Shown: in pieces, positions 1-9,298 of the stretch
Position numbering within the stretch: position 1 is the stretch's first letter
Layout of the letters: each line of letters starts with the position of its first letter
Assembly (NCBI GenBank): GCA_964555455.1
Contig: CAZKSU010000001.1
Coordinates: forward strand, 1-43,840
DNA length: 43,840 bases
Source of the DNA: an uncultured Carnobacteriaceae bacterium
GTDB lineage: Bacteria > Bacillota > Bacilli > Lactobacillales > Carnobacteriaceae_A
Direction: 5' to 3'
Notes under the pieces: generated by a model
The model's database searches: none
Seen by the model: the letters and a program-made list of their open reading frames with translations, nothing else
Told to the model about the DNA's origin: nothing
Translations under genes and position numbers: made by a program

Positions 1-894
1 TTGCCTTGGGACCAATATATTCCGATGGATGGAAAGTTCCCCATTGCAGGGAAATCCATTAAATCTACTTTGCATAGTGTACCAGCTGTCCAAAGTATCG
101 TAAATAAAGCTGTGGCTGAAAGCATTAAAGAAACCTACCACCGACGCGGGATGTTGCCAGAAACAGGGGCAGAATACCCAATCGAAATAGCCTTACGTAA
201 AGATAAAGCATTGATTACACTCGATACGACTGGTGACAGTTTATTTAAGCGAGGCTACCGTACTGAAAAAGGCGGCGCACCGCTTAAGGAGAATTTAGCA
301 GCTGCGCTTATTGCTTTAACGACTTGGCATAAAGACCGTCCATTTGTAGACCCAACGACCGGTTCAGGAACTATTGCGATTGAAGCCGCACTGATTGGAC
401 AAAATATTGCACCAGGTTTCAATCGTTCCTTCCTATGTGAAGAATGGGATTGGATGGATGAGGAGATGTGGGAAGCAGTCCGTGCGGAAGCCGATGATCA
501 GATGGATTATGATGCAGAATTGGACATCTTAGGTTTTGACATTGACGAAAATATGATCAAAATCGCTGAGCGTAATGCATTGGCCGCAGGAGTTTCTCAC
601 AATATCGAATTCAAGCAGCTGGCAGTAGCTGATTTCAAGACAGATAAGGACTTTGGAATTATCGTTTCAAACCCTCCATACGGAGATCGATTAGGGGAAG
701 AGGAAGCCGTTCACAAGCTTTATCGTGAAATGGGCGAAGCCTTTCGACCGTTAAAAACGTGGAGTAAATATATTATTACAAGTGATTTAGATTTTGAAAA
801 ATACTACGGTGAACGCGCCACAAAGAAAAGAAAATTATACAACGGGACAATCCGGACCGACTACTTCCAATACTGGGGCGACCGTCAAAAATAA
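1..894 (+). CDS. THUMP-domain class I SAM-dependent RNA methyltransferase (YpsC/RlmL-like), 5' end outside the window
   Basis: LFKRGYR..GGAPLKENLAAA, DPTTGSGTIAIEAA (SAM-binding) and SNPPYG motifs; ORF is open at base 1, so the N-terminus is truncated. Confidence 0.9.
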   Translation: MPWDQYIPMDGKFPIAGKSIKSTLHSVPAVQSIVNKAVAESIKETYHRRGMLPETGAEYPIEIALRKDKALITLDTTGDSLFKRGYRTEKGGAPLKENLAAALIALTTWHKDRPFVDPTTGSGTIAIEAALIGQNIAPGFNRSFLCEEWDWMDEEMWEAVRAEADDQMDYDAELDILGFDIDENMIKIAERNALAAGVSHNIEFKQLAVADFKTDKDFGIIVSNPPYGDRLGEEEAVHKLYREMGEAFRPLKTWSKYIITSDLDFEKYYGERATKKRKLYNGTIRTDYFQYWGDRQK

Positions 895-908
895 AAAGAG
901 TCAGATTC

Positions 909-944
909 AGCTCTAAAACTGCTTGGCAGTTTTGGAGCTTTTTT
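909..944 (+). terminator. Intrinsic terminator after the methyltransferase
   Basis: agctctaaaactgc-ttg-gcagttttggagct stem followed by a T run. Confidence 0.8.
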
Positions 945-1062
945 ATTTAAACTTTCCGGTACTTGCTGATGGGTTCTGTATCAATAGATTTTTGTGTGAT
1001 TTTTAAACAGGATATACTCAGATTGCTTTAAAAGATCACTAAAAGAGCGAGGAAGATGCTAA

Positions 1063-1302
1063 ATGGTTTCAATTATGATTGTAGAGGACGACGAGGTAAT
1101 TGCTTCTTCTCTTGAAAAAGAGTTAACCAAGTGGAGTTATGAGGCTTTCCAGACCACTGATTTTAATCGGGTCCTGGAAACGTACTTGGACAAACAGCCA
1201 GAAAACGGACTTCCGTACGACAAAGTAATACCCTTGATAAAAGAAAACGTTTCCATTAAAATGAATCTACAGAGTAGAATAATTATTAAGAAATGTCCTT
1301 GA
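1063..1302 (+). pseudogene. Truncated OmpR-family (GraR/BceR-like) response regulator relic
   Basis: RBS gagg upstream; the first ~46 aa (IMIVEDDEVIASSLEKELTKWSY...DFNRVLETYLDKQP) match a receiver-domain start, then similarity is lost before the beta3 phosphoacceptor Asp; no DNA-binding domain or kinase follows. Confidence 0.75.
1234..1262 (+). promoter_or_regulatory. Sigma-A promoter with a CRE-like box in the spacer
   Basis: TTGATA(1234-1239)-17 nt-TAAAAT(1257-1262); AGAAAACGTTTCCA (1242-1255) resembles the CcpA cre consensus. Confidence 0.55.
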
Positions 1303-1341
1303 GGCTAATTACTCCCAATTAACCTTCAAGGACATTTCTTA
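1287..1341. terminator. Long hairpin between convergent units; probable terminator of the IMPase gene
   Basis: 16-bp perfect stem taagaaatgtccttga/tcaaggacatttctta plus an inner stem closing the loop ACTCCC. Confidence 0.7.
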
Positions 1342-1345
1342 TGCT

Positions 1346-2104
1346 TTATTTTTCTTGAAAGATAGCATTAAAGATGGCTTTGGTGCCTAAAAAGAAATTT
1401 TCGTCGCCATTGACTGTTGAGTCGTCGCCATTAAATTGAGACATATGAAGGCCTAATTCATCTGCAATGAGGAGATAAGGCGCTCGATCCCACGGCATCG
1501 ACTCTGGGCTGATGAATGCGCCGTATTTGCCTGTAATGACACGCGTTGCATCAGAGACAGAGCTGCCTAAAAAGCGCAAATCAAAGCCGTTTTCGGCCAC
1601 AAAGGTTAAGAGCTCAGTCCCGTTCATCTTTCGGGGGTTAATTGAAATAAGCGCTTCGTTTAGGTGGAGGTTCTCCGGTCTGCTTACGGGCTTTCCGTTT
1701 AACAACACACCTGCGCCTTTTTTAGCTGAAATAAGAGTGTCGGATTCGACTTCGTATATGTAACTTAAAAGAGGCTTGCCTTTTTGGAAATAGGCGACTA
1801 GGATGCCGTAATCCTCTCTTTGCTTGATAAAATTTGAGGTCCCATCGATCGGATCAATCACCCATAAATGCTCAGCCAGAGTGTCTACGCCAGAATTGTC
1901 GCTTTCTTCTCCTAAAATTGTCTGTTCTCCGGGCAGCGTGTGAATATGAGCCATTAGTTTTTGCTCCACTGCGACATCCACTTCGCTGACTAAATCACGG
2001 AAATCTTCCTTTTCATCGATTGAATACTCCGTATGCTCCTGAATGTAAGAGCCCAAATCCATTAACCAATTTTTCATTTGCTTATCCACTAAATCTATCT
2101 CCAT
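1346..2104 (-). CDS. Inositol monophosphatase family protein (SuhB/YktC-like)
   Basis: DLVSEVD, LGEE, WVIDPIDGTSNF and PWD motifs; RBS aaggag. Confidence 0.9.
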   Translation of the reverse strand: MEIDLVDKQMKNWLMDLGSYIQEHTEYSIDEKEDFRDLVSEVDVAVEQKLMAHIHTLPGEQTILGEESDNSGVDTLAEHLWVIDPIDGTSNFIKQREDYGILVAYFQKGKPLLSYIYEVESDTLISAKKGAGVLLNGKPVSRPENLHLNEALISINPRKMNGTELLTFVAENGFDLRFLGSSVSDATRVITGKYGAFISPESMPWDRAPYLLIADELGLHMSQFNGDDSTVNGDENFFLGTKAIFNAIFQEK

Positions 2105-2205
2105 ACGATCTCCTTTGTCTTCACAATTCGTTTATTTTTGTCTGAAAATTCATAACTTATTCGAACTTCCTTTATATAATACAGCCATACATATCTAGAT
2201 AAGAG

Positions 2206-2604
2206 CTAGTGCGTTTTCTGAAGAGCTTGTTTGGCTAAGTTATCCGCACCGCGATTGTCGGACTCTGGAATCCAAGAAACACTGATAAAGGGGAAATGCT
2301 CCATCAAAGCAAGAATCTGCCGCAAGTATTTATTGGAAGTGGTATCTTTTACATATTCCTTTTCAACAGATTGTGCTACAATTTGACTATCTGTGTAACA
2401 GAAGGTTAGTTCATTTGTATAATTATTTTCAACTAGCCACTTGACCCCTTCATAGAGCGCTTTGAATTCCGCATGGTGGTTGTTCCACTTGCCAGGCAGG
2501 GGAAGCGGCAATTGGATCTGGTCTTCTTCAGTTAAGACAAGAATCCCAATCCCAGCATCTCCCGGGTTGCCATTGACAGCTGCATCTGTATAAAGTCTGA
2601 TCAC
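2206..2604 (-). CDS. ebsB: RNase HI family protein (EbsB/YpdQ type)
   Basis: YTDAA..GNPG, NHHAEF, TDSQ and NRGADNLA motifs supply the D-E-D-D acidic tetrad; GTG start with RBS aggtga; divergent from an EbsA-like gene. Confidence 0.85.
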   Translation of the reverse strand: MIRLYTDAAVNGNPGDAGIGILVLTEEDQIQLPLPLPGKWNNHHAEFKALYEGVKWLVENNYTNELTFCYTDSQIVAQSVEKEYVKDTTSNKYLRQILALMEHFPFISVSWIPESDNRGADNLAKQALQKTH

Positions 2605-2638
2605 TTGTAATCACCTACTTATTAGAGAGAATGATTGA

Positions 2639-3079
2639 ATGAGAAACACGAAGAAGACATCCTTAAAACTAAGAATACGGTTCGATTTTGCGATGGAAGT
2701 TATTTTGCTTTGCCTGATTTTTATATTGTTTGGCCTGGCATTTCTCTTTGCTTCTAATCTGCTTGTATTTAATTGGGGCAGCGTGATATGCACCATATTA
2801 GGCGGCGGTTTAATTTATTTGAAAGCTTCCAGCTATATTCAAATAGAGAAAGATCAAGTCACGGTCCAGTATATGAAGTTTGTACATAGAGCCTCTGTTG
2901 ATATCAATCAGATCAAACAGATGATTTTTTACAAAGATAGCCTGCTCGTTGAGATACAGACAAAAGATAAGCAGACTGTATCCTTTTATTTGCAACAGAA
3001 AAATCGAGAAAAATTGCTGAATCATATTGTAAATCATTATCCCGACATACCTTGTCTCTTCTTTGATAGAACAGATTAA
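2639..3079 (+). CDS. ebsA: EbsA-family membrane protein
   Basis: Two N-terminal hydrophobic helices followed by a beta-rich soluble domain; sits between the RNase HI-like gene and csp, as in enterococci. Confidence 0.6.
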   Translation: MRNTKKTSLKLRIRFDFAMEVILLCLIFILFGLAFLFASNLLVFNWGSVICTILGGGLIYLKASSYIQIEKDQVTVQYMKFVHRASVDINQIKQMIFYKDSLLVEIQTKDKQTVSFYLQQKNREKLLNHIVNHYPDIPCLFFDRTD

Positions 3080-3106
3080 ACGGCTAGATAAAATCTCTAG
3101 CCGTTT
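3078..3106. terminator. Bidirectional terminator between ebsA and csp
   Basis: aaacggctaga/tctagccgttt inverted repeat between convergent stop codons. Confidence 0.75.
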
Positions 3107-3112
3107 TCGTCT

Positions 3113-3361
3113 TTATTCACTTTCTTCTGAATGATTGAACCCTTCATTTTCGTCTTCGCCTAAAAGGATGACATTAGTTGCTTGTAGACCACGAGCTCCT
3201 TCAACAGCGTCGAATTGTACAGATTGTCCTTCTTTCAAGGTTCGGTAACCATCCATCTCGATTCCGGTAAAATGAACAAAAATATCTTCTTCATCCCCAT
3301 ACTCGATGAATCCATAACCCTTTACGTTACTGAACCATTTAACTATGCCTCTTTGTGTCAT
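3113..3361 (-). CDS. Cold-shock domain protein with an acidic C-terminal tail
   Basis: GIVKWF, KGYGFI (RNP1), DIFVHF (RNP2) and QATNV; probable start MTQRG at 3361 after a ggggg RBS. Confidence 0.92.
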   Translation of the reverse strand: MTQRGIVKWFSNVKGYGFIEYGDEEDIFVHFTGIEMDGYRTLKEGQSVQFDAVEGARGLQATNVILLGEDENEGFNHSEESE

Positions 3362-3406
3362 AGCAATCCCCCAAATCCAATCCATATGTCTTCTCGTTAC
3401 AACTAA

Positions 3407-3436
3407 AGTATAATGGAAACTCGCAAACTAAGTCAA
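3407..3436 (-). promoter_or_regulatory. Sigma-A promoter of the csp gene
   Basis: TTGACT-18 nt-TATACT on the minus strand. Confidence 0.6.
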
Positions 3437-3564
3437 TTTCTAGCGTTACTTTTATTCGGATGAGAGAAACTCTAGCGAAATAATGTAAAAGCTTCTTCAA
3501 TATGTTAAAATATACAAGATATCATTAAAATATGTTGTCATTTAGAACGGAAGGAATGACAGTC

Positions 3565-5466
3565 TTGAAAGAATTAAAAATAGAGAAACTCTCTCTCAGA
3601 ACGGGCACTAAAATTTTATTCGAAAATATTGATTTTTCAATTCTTAACGAACAAAAAGTTGGTTTGATTGGACGAAACGGAAACGGAAAATCAACCTTTT
3701 TGAAAGTCATTGCAGGCAGTTTAGAACCTGATGCTGGGGTTTTAAGTAAGCCGGGCGATTATGAAGTAGGGTATCTGAGTCAAGAACCTGATTTAGACCT
3801 TGATAAAAATGTTTTAGAGACTGTGTTTGCTGGAGATACCCCGGTTATGCGCGCAGTCCGCAATTACGAGCAAAAAATGGTGGAACTGACTGATGATCCT
3901 GAAAACGAAGGGATTCAAAAGCAGTTTACGCGCGCGCAAGCTGAGATGGATACACAGAATGCCTGGAATGCAGATTCAAGTGCGAAAAGAATCTTGACCG
4001 TTTTAGGCATTACAGATATGGGTAAAAAAGTAGGTGAAATGTCCGGGGGCCAAAGGAAAAGAGTCGCATTAGCCCAGGTTCTGATTCAAACACCTGACCT
4101 TTTGATTTTGGATGAGCCGACAAACCATCTAGATTTTGAAATGATTACCTGGCTGGAAAACTATTTGAAGAGTTATAAAGGAGCCCTCCTTGTTGTTACG
4201 CATGACCGTTATTTCCTCGACCGCATTGTGGATCGCATTGTGGAATTAGCGAATGGACAACTGGAAGAATATACCGGGAATTATCAAGCTTACGTAGAAG
4301 AAAAAGCAAGACGGGAAGAATTACAGGCTGCTTCTGACCATAAGGCGAATCAGCTGTATAAACAAGAGCTGGCATGGATGCGTGAAGGTGTGAGAGCCCG
4401 CGGAACGAAGCAAAAGGCCCGTATTGAGCGTTTTGAAAAATTAAAGGGTCAAGTCAGCCAGACAACTCACGGCTTCAATTTAGAGATGGATTTAGCTTCC
4501 TCACGGTTAGGAAAACAGGTCTTTGAGTTTGAAGAGGCAAGTTATCAAATTGAAAACAATGTTATTTTAGACGACTTTACGTATATTATTCAAACGCATG
4601 ATCGGATTGGGATTGCTGGAGTAAACGGTGCCGGCAAATCCACTTTCTTAAATATTTTAGCAGGGAAAAACTCGCTTGATTCTGGCATCCTCCGTGTAGG
4701 GGAGACCGTAAGAATCGGTTATTTCCAGCAAGATAACATTGACGTTCCTGGTGATAAACGGATCATCAATTATTTGCAGGAAGTTGCTGAAGAAGTGCAC
4801 CGAGTTGATGGGACTTCTTTAAATATTTCTCAGCTGCTTGAGCAATTTATGTTTCCAACTTCTCAGCATGGGGCCTTGATCCGCTCGCTTTCTGGCGGTG
4901 AAAAGCGCCGGCTTTACCTTGTCCGATTATTAATGGAAAGACCGAATGTTTTGCTTTTGGACGAGCCGACAAACAATTTGGATATTGATACATTGAATAT
5001 TCTGGAAGACTATATCGAAGAATTTCCAGGCGCTGTATTAACCGTCTCTCATGACCGTTACTTTTTAGATAAAATAACAGATAAGTTACTCGTTTTTGAA
5101 GGGGACGGAAATATCCACGAATTTTTTGGAACGGCTGAAGAATATTTTAGCGAAGCACAAGAAAAAGAGAAACAGGTACAGATAGAAGAGAGAAAAGAAC
5201 AGCAAGAAGACCAGCTGAAAGAACAACCTTCACGGAACAAACCAAAAGAGAAAACAAAGTTGTCCTACATGGAAGAAAAAGAATGGGCGACAATTGAAGA
5301 TGAAATCATGGCACTGGAAACACAAATTGAAGAGTTAGATGCCGGTATTGTTGAGGCAGGCAGTGATTTTGGAAAAATTGACCAATTGTATAAAGAAAAA
5401 TCTGCACTCCAAGAAAAATTAGATGAAAAATACGAACGTTGGGAATATTTAGCCCAATATATTTAA
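3565..5466 (+). CDS. ABC-F family ATPase (Uup/YfmR-like)
   Basis: Two NBDs ([21 protein letters not shown] and [20 protein letters not shown]), no TM segments, C-terminal coiled coil ending RWEYL; likely TTG start at 3565 after aagga. Confidence 0.9.
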   Translation: MKELKIEKLSLRTGTKILFENIDFSILNEQKVGLIGRNGNGKSTFLKVIAGSLEPDAGVLSKPGDYEVGYLSQEPDLDLDKNVLETVFAGDTPVMRAVRNYEQKMVELTDDPENEGIQKQFTRAQAEMDTQNAWNADSSAKRILTVLGITDMGKKVGEMSGGQRKRVALAQVLIQTPDLLILDEPTNHLDFEMITWLENYLKSYKGALLVVTHDRYFLDRIVDRIVELANGQLEEYTGNYQAYVEEKARREELQAASDHKANQLYKQELAWMREGVRARGTKQKARIERFEKLKGQVSQTTHGFNLEMDLASSRLGKQVFEFEEASYQIENNVILDDFTYIIQTHDRIGIAGVNGAGKSTFLNILAGKNSLDSGILRVGETVRIGYFQQDNIDVPGDKRIINYLQEVAEEVHRVDGTSLNISQLLEQFMFPTSQHGALIRSLSGGEKRRLYLVRLLMERPNVLLLDEPTNNLDIDTLNILEDYIEEFPGAVLTVSHDRYFLDKITDKLLVFEGDGNIHEFFGTAEEYFSEAQEKEKQVQIEERKEQQEDQLKEQPSRNKPKEKTKLSYMEEKEWATIEDEIMALETQIEELDAGIVEAGSDFGKIDQLYKEKSALQEKLDEKYERWEYLAQYI

Positions 5467-5479
5467 AGACAAAGGATGG

Positions 5480-6430
5480 ATGAGCATGAAGCAATATCTG
5501 GATTTAGCACAGAAGATTTTAGATGAAGGGGTAAATAAAGGAGACCGCACGGGAGTAGGGACGAAATCTATTTTCGGCCACCAGATGCGCTTTGATCTGC
5601 AGAAAGGTTTTCCGCTGCTTACAACTAAACGAGTGGCATTTGGCTTAATCAAATCAGAGCTGCTGTGGTTTTTAAAAGGCGATACGAATATCCGGTTTTT
5701 ACTCGAGCACAATAATCATATCTGGGATGAATGGGCGTTCGAACGTTATGTCCAGAGCGAAGATTATACAGGGCCAGATATGACTGATTTTGGTCTGCGA
5801 GCCCAGGAAGACGAAGCGTTTAATCAAGTCTATAAAGAAGAAATGAAAAAATTTACAGATAGAATACTCGAAGATGATTCTTTTGCTGAAACCTATGGCA
5901 GTCTCGGAAATGTTTATGGCGCTCAGTGGCGTTCTTGGCCTTCAGCGGATGGCGGAACAATCGACCAGATTCAAAATGTCATCGAATCGATCAAAAATAA
6001 TCCGAACTCTAGAAGGCATATTGTGTCTGCCTGGAATCCGGATGAAATTGAAGATATGGCTTTGCCGCCATGCCATACGCTGTTCCAGTTTTATGTTGCG
6101 GATGGAAAATTGAGCTGCCAGCTGTATCAGCGCAGTGCAGATGTGTTTTTAGGTGTCCCTTTTAATATCGCAAGTTACGCTTTATTAACTCACTTAATTG
6201 CACATGAGACAGGACTCGAAGTGGGAGAATTTGTCCATACACTGGGAGATGCTCACCTGTATTCAAATCATATGGAGCAAATTAACCTTCAATTATCGCG
6301 CGACACGAAAGAGCTGCCGCAATTAAAATTAAATAAAGAAAAACAAAGTGTCTTCGATTTCGATGTAGAAGATATAGAAATTGTTGACTACAAACCGCAT
6401 AAAGGCATCCGCGCACCAATTGCTGTTTAG
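5480..6430 (+). CDS. thyA: Thymidylate synthase (long lactobacillus-type form)
   Basis: [36 protein letters not shown] and C-terminal APIAV. Confidence 0.97.
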   Translation: MSMKQYLDLAQKILDEGVNKGDRTGVGTKSIFGHQMRFDLQKGFPLLTTKRVAFGLIKSELLWFLKGDTNIRFLLEHNNHIWDEWAFERYVQSEDYTGPDMTDFGLRAQEDEAFNQVYKEEMKKFTDRILEDDSFAETYGSLGNVYGAQWRSWPSADGGTIDQIQNVIESIKNNPNSRRHIVSAWNPDEIEDMALPPCHTLFQFYVADGKLSCQLYQRSADVFLGVPFNIASYALLTHLIAHETGLEVGEFVHTLGDAHLYSNHMEQINLQLSRDTKELPQLKLNKEKQSVFDFDVEDIEIVDYKPHKGIRAPIAV

Positions 6431-6463
6431 GCTATATTATTATAAATAAGGAGCTAGGAAATT

Positions 6464-7039
6464 ATGGAAGAGAAGAATATAGAAAATAAGCACTCCCACT
6501 TGTTAGATAAACCGTATTTTACATTTGTATGGGCAGAAGATAAAAACCGGTTAATCGGAAGAGAAGGGGTCCTCCCATGGAATTTGCCAAATGAAATGAA
6601 GCATTTTGTCAATGTCACAATGGGTGATGTCGTTGTGATGGGAAGAAAAACGTATGAGAGCATTCCCAATCGTCCTTTGAAAAACCGCATCAATATTGTT
6701 TTAACTTCTAATGAAAATTATGAAGCACCGGGCGCCATCGTTCTTCATTCAAAAGAAGAAATCTTAAACTATGTAAAAAATATTGAAAAGCCGATCCATA
6801 TCATCGGCGGAACGACATTGTTTGAACTTTTTATGGATGAGGTCGATTTACTGTACCGGACAGTTGTAGAAGAAGAATTTGAAGGCGATACCTATATGCC
6901 TGAAATAGACTATAAGTATTTCCGGGTGGTTGATTCGAAAGATGGTGTGGTTGATGAGAAGAACATTTATCCTCATCAATTCTTTCTCTATGAAAGAAAA
7001 AAACCAGCCAAACCATTTGATGGAAAAGCTGAAGAATAA
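6464..7039 (+). CDS. dfrA: Dihydrofolate reductase
   Basis: IG..G.LPW.LP.E, MGRKTYES, RPL.NR, IIGG and EGDTYMP; directly follows thyA. Confidence 0.95.
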   Translation: MEEKNIENKHSHLLDKPYFTFVWAEDKNRLIGREGVLPWNLPNEMKHFVNVTMGDVVVMGRKTYESIPNRPLKNRINIVLTSNENYEAPGAIVLHSKEEILNYVKNIEKPIHIIGGTTLFELFMDEVDLLYRTVVEEEFEGDTYMPEIDYKYFRVVDSKDGVVDEKNIYPHQFFLYERKKPAKPFDGKAEE

Positions 7040-7058
7040 CGTATTGGAGTTTTAGTAA

Positions 7059-7703
7059 ATGAGAAATTCTAAAAAAAGAAAAGACCGGCATGCAAAGAAC
7101 GTGAGATTCAATGGATGGAAATGGGCGTTTATCGCGCTTGCTTCCGTTCTTGCTGGTTTGTTTTTTCTGTTTGTTGGCGCCCTGCAGCCCGTTGAAGTCG
7201 GCGCACCGAATCAAAGTTTGGCTGAGCCGGCTGAAGAAACCTTCGAACTTTCAACCCGTCTAAATAAAGAAGATACCGAACAATTAATCAATGCCTATCT
7301 TTCTCAGGCAGCGGGCAGAGATTATGATAACTACTCCATCGCATTAACCGACCAACTTGAAATCCGCGGGGCGTTGGAATTTCTTGGCTATGACATTCCC
7401 TTTGCCTTATTTTTAGATCCTTACGTAATGGAAAATGGAAATGTTCAGTTACGCGCGGAAGCGGTTGAAGTAGCCGATTATTCGTTACCAGTCAGTATGG
7501 TCATGCGTTTGGTCGGAAACCAAGTAGCCTTCCCCGATTTTATTGCTTTCGATAGCGAAGCACAGATTGTAGTGATCCATTTAGATGAATTGACAGAAGC
7601 TTACAATTTCGATATTGAGATGACTACAATTGATTTAATGGATAATGTGATTGAAATGAATCTGCGAATTGATGAGCAGACAGCATTTGAACAATTAAGC
7701 TGA
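7059..7703 (+). CDS. YpmS/DUF2140-family membrane-anchored protein
   Basis: N-terminal WKWAF TM anchor, PYVMENGNVQL motif, conserved position between dfrA and msrA. Confidence 0.75.
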   Translation: MRNSKKRKDRHAKNVRFNGWKWAFIALASVLAGLFFLFVGALQPVEVGAPNQSLAEPAEETFELSTRLNKEDTEQLINAYLSQAAGRDYDNYSIALTDQLEIRGALEFLGYDIPFALFLDPYVMENGNVQLRAEAVEVADYSLPVSMVMRLVGNQVAFPDFIAFDSEAQIVVIHLDELTEAYNFDIEMTTIDLMDNVIEMNLRIDEQTAFEQLS

Positions 7704-7735
7704 AATAAGAAGAGATGAGTGAGAGGAATTTGTTA

Positions 7736-8248
7736 ATGGAAAAAGCACTGTTTGCAGGCGGCTGTTTCTGGTGTATGGTTGAGCCCTTTGATACTCAGCC
7801 TGGAATAGCATCAGTGGTTTCAGGCTATGCTGGAGGCCACGTTGAAAATCCAACATATGAAGAAGTAAAAAGTCAAACATCTGGGCATACAGAAGTGGTT
7901 CAGATTACATTTGACCCTGAAATTATGCCATTTGAGGAACTAGTTGAAATATACTGGCAAGTGACCGATCCCACAGATGCTAGCGGCCAGTTTATGGACC
8001 GGGGAGACAGTTACCGACCCGTCATTTATTATTATTCAGAAGATCAAAAAAGAATGGCAGAACTCTCTAAAGAACGATTAGAAAAAAGCGGACGCTATAC
8101 AGATCCAATTGTCGTGACCATAGAGGAAGCGCCGAAATTTTGGCGAGCGGAAGAAGAGCATCAAGACTTCTATAAAAAAAATAAAGAACGCTATAAGCAA
8201 GAGAAACGAGAACGCGCTCAATGGACGGAAAAACATTCAGTCAGTTAA
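7736..8248 (+). CDS. msrA: Peptide methionine sulfoxide reductase A
   Basis: [29 protein letters not shown] and AEEEHQDFY; ATG at 7736 after gagagg. Confidence 0.95.
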   Translation: MEKALFAGGCFWCMVEPFDTQPGIASVVSGYAGGHVENPTYEEVKSQTSGHTEVVQITFDPEIMPFEELVEIYWQVTDPTDASGQFMDRGDSYRPVIYYYSEDQKRMAELSKERLEKSGRYTDPIVVTIEEAPKFWRAEEEHQDFYKKNKERYKQEKRERAQWTEKHSVS

Positions 8249-8306
8249 GTGTTGCAATTACTGAGTACCGTGTTAGGATTAATTACTGTAAAAGAGGTGT
8301 CGAATA

Positions 8307-8534
8307 ATGGAGATGAGTTTTTACCAATACTTAATGACCGAAAGAGATCCGTATAAAAAAGATGAGATTACATTGTTTGCAAATGAGGCGTTCAATGATC
8401 GAATCTTTCCTAAACAGTCGGAGGATTATGATGAAGTTAGTCGACATCTTGAAATGAACGGCGATTACTTACCTTCCATGACGATTTTTGATGAGGCATG
8501 GCAGAGATATATCGATAATTATAGTGAAAAATAA
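8307..8534 (+). CDS. yozE: YozE-family small protein
   Basis: SFYQYLMT, FPKQS.DYDEVS.HLE and FDEAW..Y motifs. Confidence 0.85.
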   Translation: MEMSFYQYLMTERDPYKKDEITLFANEAFNDRIFPKQSEDYDEVSRHLEMNGDYLPSMTIFDEAWQRYIDNYSEK

Positions 8535-8557
8535 AAAATAGAAGAGGAGAATGAAAG

Positions 8558-9268
8558 ATGAGTACACATATTGGAGCAGAGAAAGGCGACATTGCAAAGA
8601 TTGTATTACTGCCTGGAGATCCGTTGCGTGCGAAATATATCGCGGAAACATTTTTAGAGGATGTGACTCAATATAACACGGTCCGCAATGCCTTTGGATT
8701 CACTGGTACATATAAAGGAGTGCCTATTTCAGTCCAAGGAACAGGTATGGGGGTTCCTTCGATTAGCATTTACGTCGAAGAACTGATTAACGATTACGGC
8801 TGTGAAGTATTAATGCGAGTAGGTTCAGCAGGTGCCCTGCAAAAAGATGTGCAGGTCCGTGATGTAGTATTAGCTCAAGGCGCCACAACAGACTCTGGCA
8901 TTAACCGTCAAGCATTCAATAACCAAGTGGACTTCGCTCCGTTAGCCGATTTCAGCTTGCTTAAGACTGCTTATGAAAAAGGAACGGAACAAGACTTTAA
9001 TGTTCGTGTCGGTAACATTTTCACTTCGGATCGTTTCTATAACGAAGAACTTGACAAGCAAAAATTAGCGGACCATGGTGTGTTAGCGGTAGAAATGGAA
9101 GCCGCTGCTCTTTATACGATTGCTGCTAAATATGGGAAGAAAGCTTTAACTATTTTAACAATTAGCGACCACATTTTAACAGGAGAAGAAACAACTGCTG
9201 AAGAACGTGAGCGTACTTTTGATGATATGATGATTATCGCGTTGGAAACAGCTTTAGAACATCAGTAA
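8558..9268 (+). CDS. deoD: Purine nucleoside phosphorylase (hexameric type)
   Basis: [31 protein letters not shown] and ISDH motifs. Confidence 0.96.
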   Translation: MSTHIGAEKGDIAKIVLLPGDPLRAKYIAETFLEDVTQYNTVRNAFGFTGTYKGVPISVQGTGMGVPSISIYVEELINDYGCEVLMRVGSAGALQKDVQVRDVVLAQGATTDSGINRQAFNNQVDFAPLADFSLLKTAYEKGTEQDFNVRVGNIFTSDRFYNEELDKQKLADHGVLAVEMEAAALYTIAAKYGKKALTILTISDHILTGEETTAEERERTFDDMMIIALETALEHQ

Positions 9269-9298
9269 GCCATTTGCAGATTAAAGGAGATTTTGCGT

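Noticed and set aside
2165-2192. ACTTCCT.. resembling the left arm of a Firmicute dif site
   Set aside because: The XerD arm (TTATGTAAACT-like) is absent
3565-5466. ABC-F as an antibiotic-resistance (ARE) protein
   Set aside because: The C-terminal coiled coil and position before thyA match housekeeping Uup/YfmR; no attenuator leader seen
6464-7039. Acquired trimethoprim-resistant DHFR
   Set aside because: Chromosomal thyA-dfrA context, Phe retained after IIGG and no mobile element; the short N-terminal extension alone is not evidence
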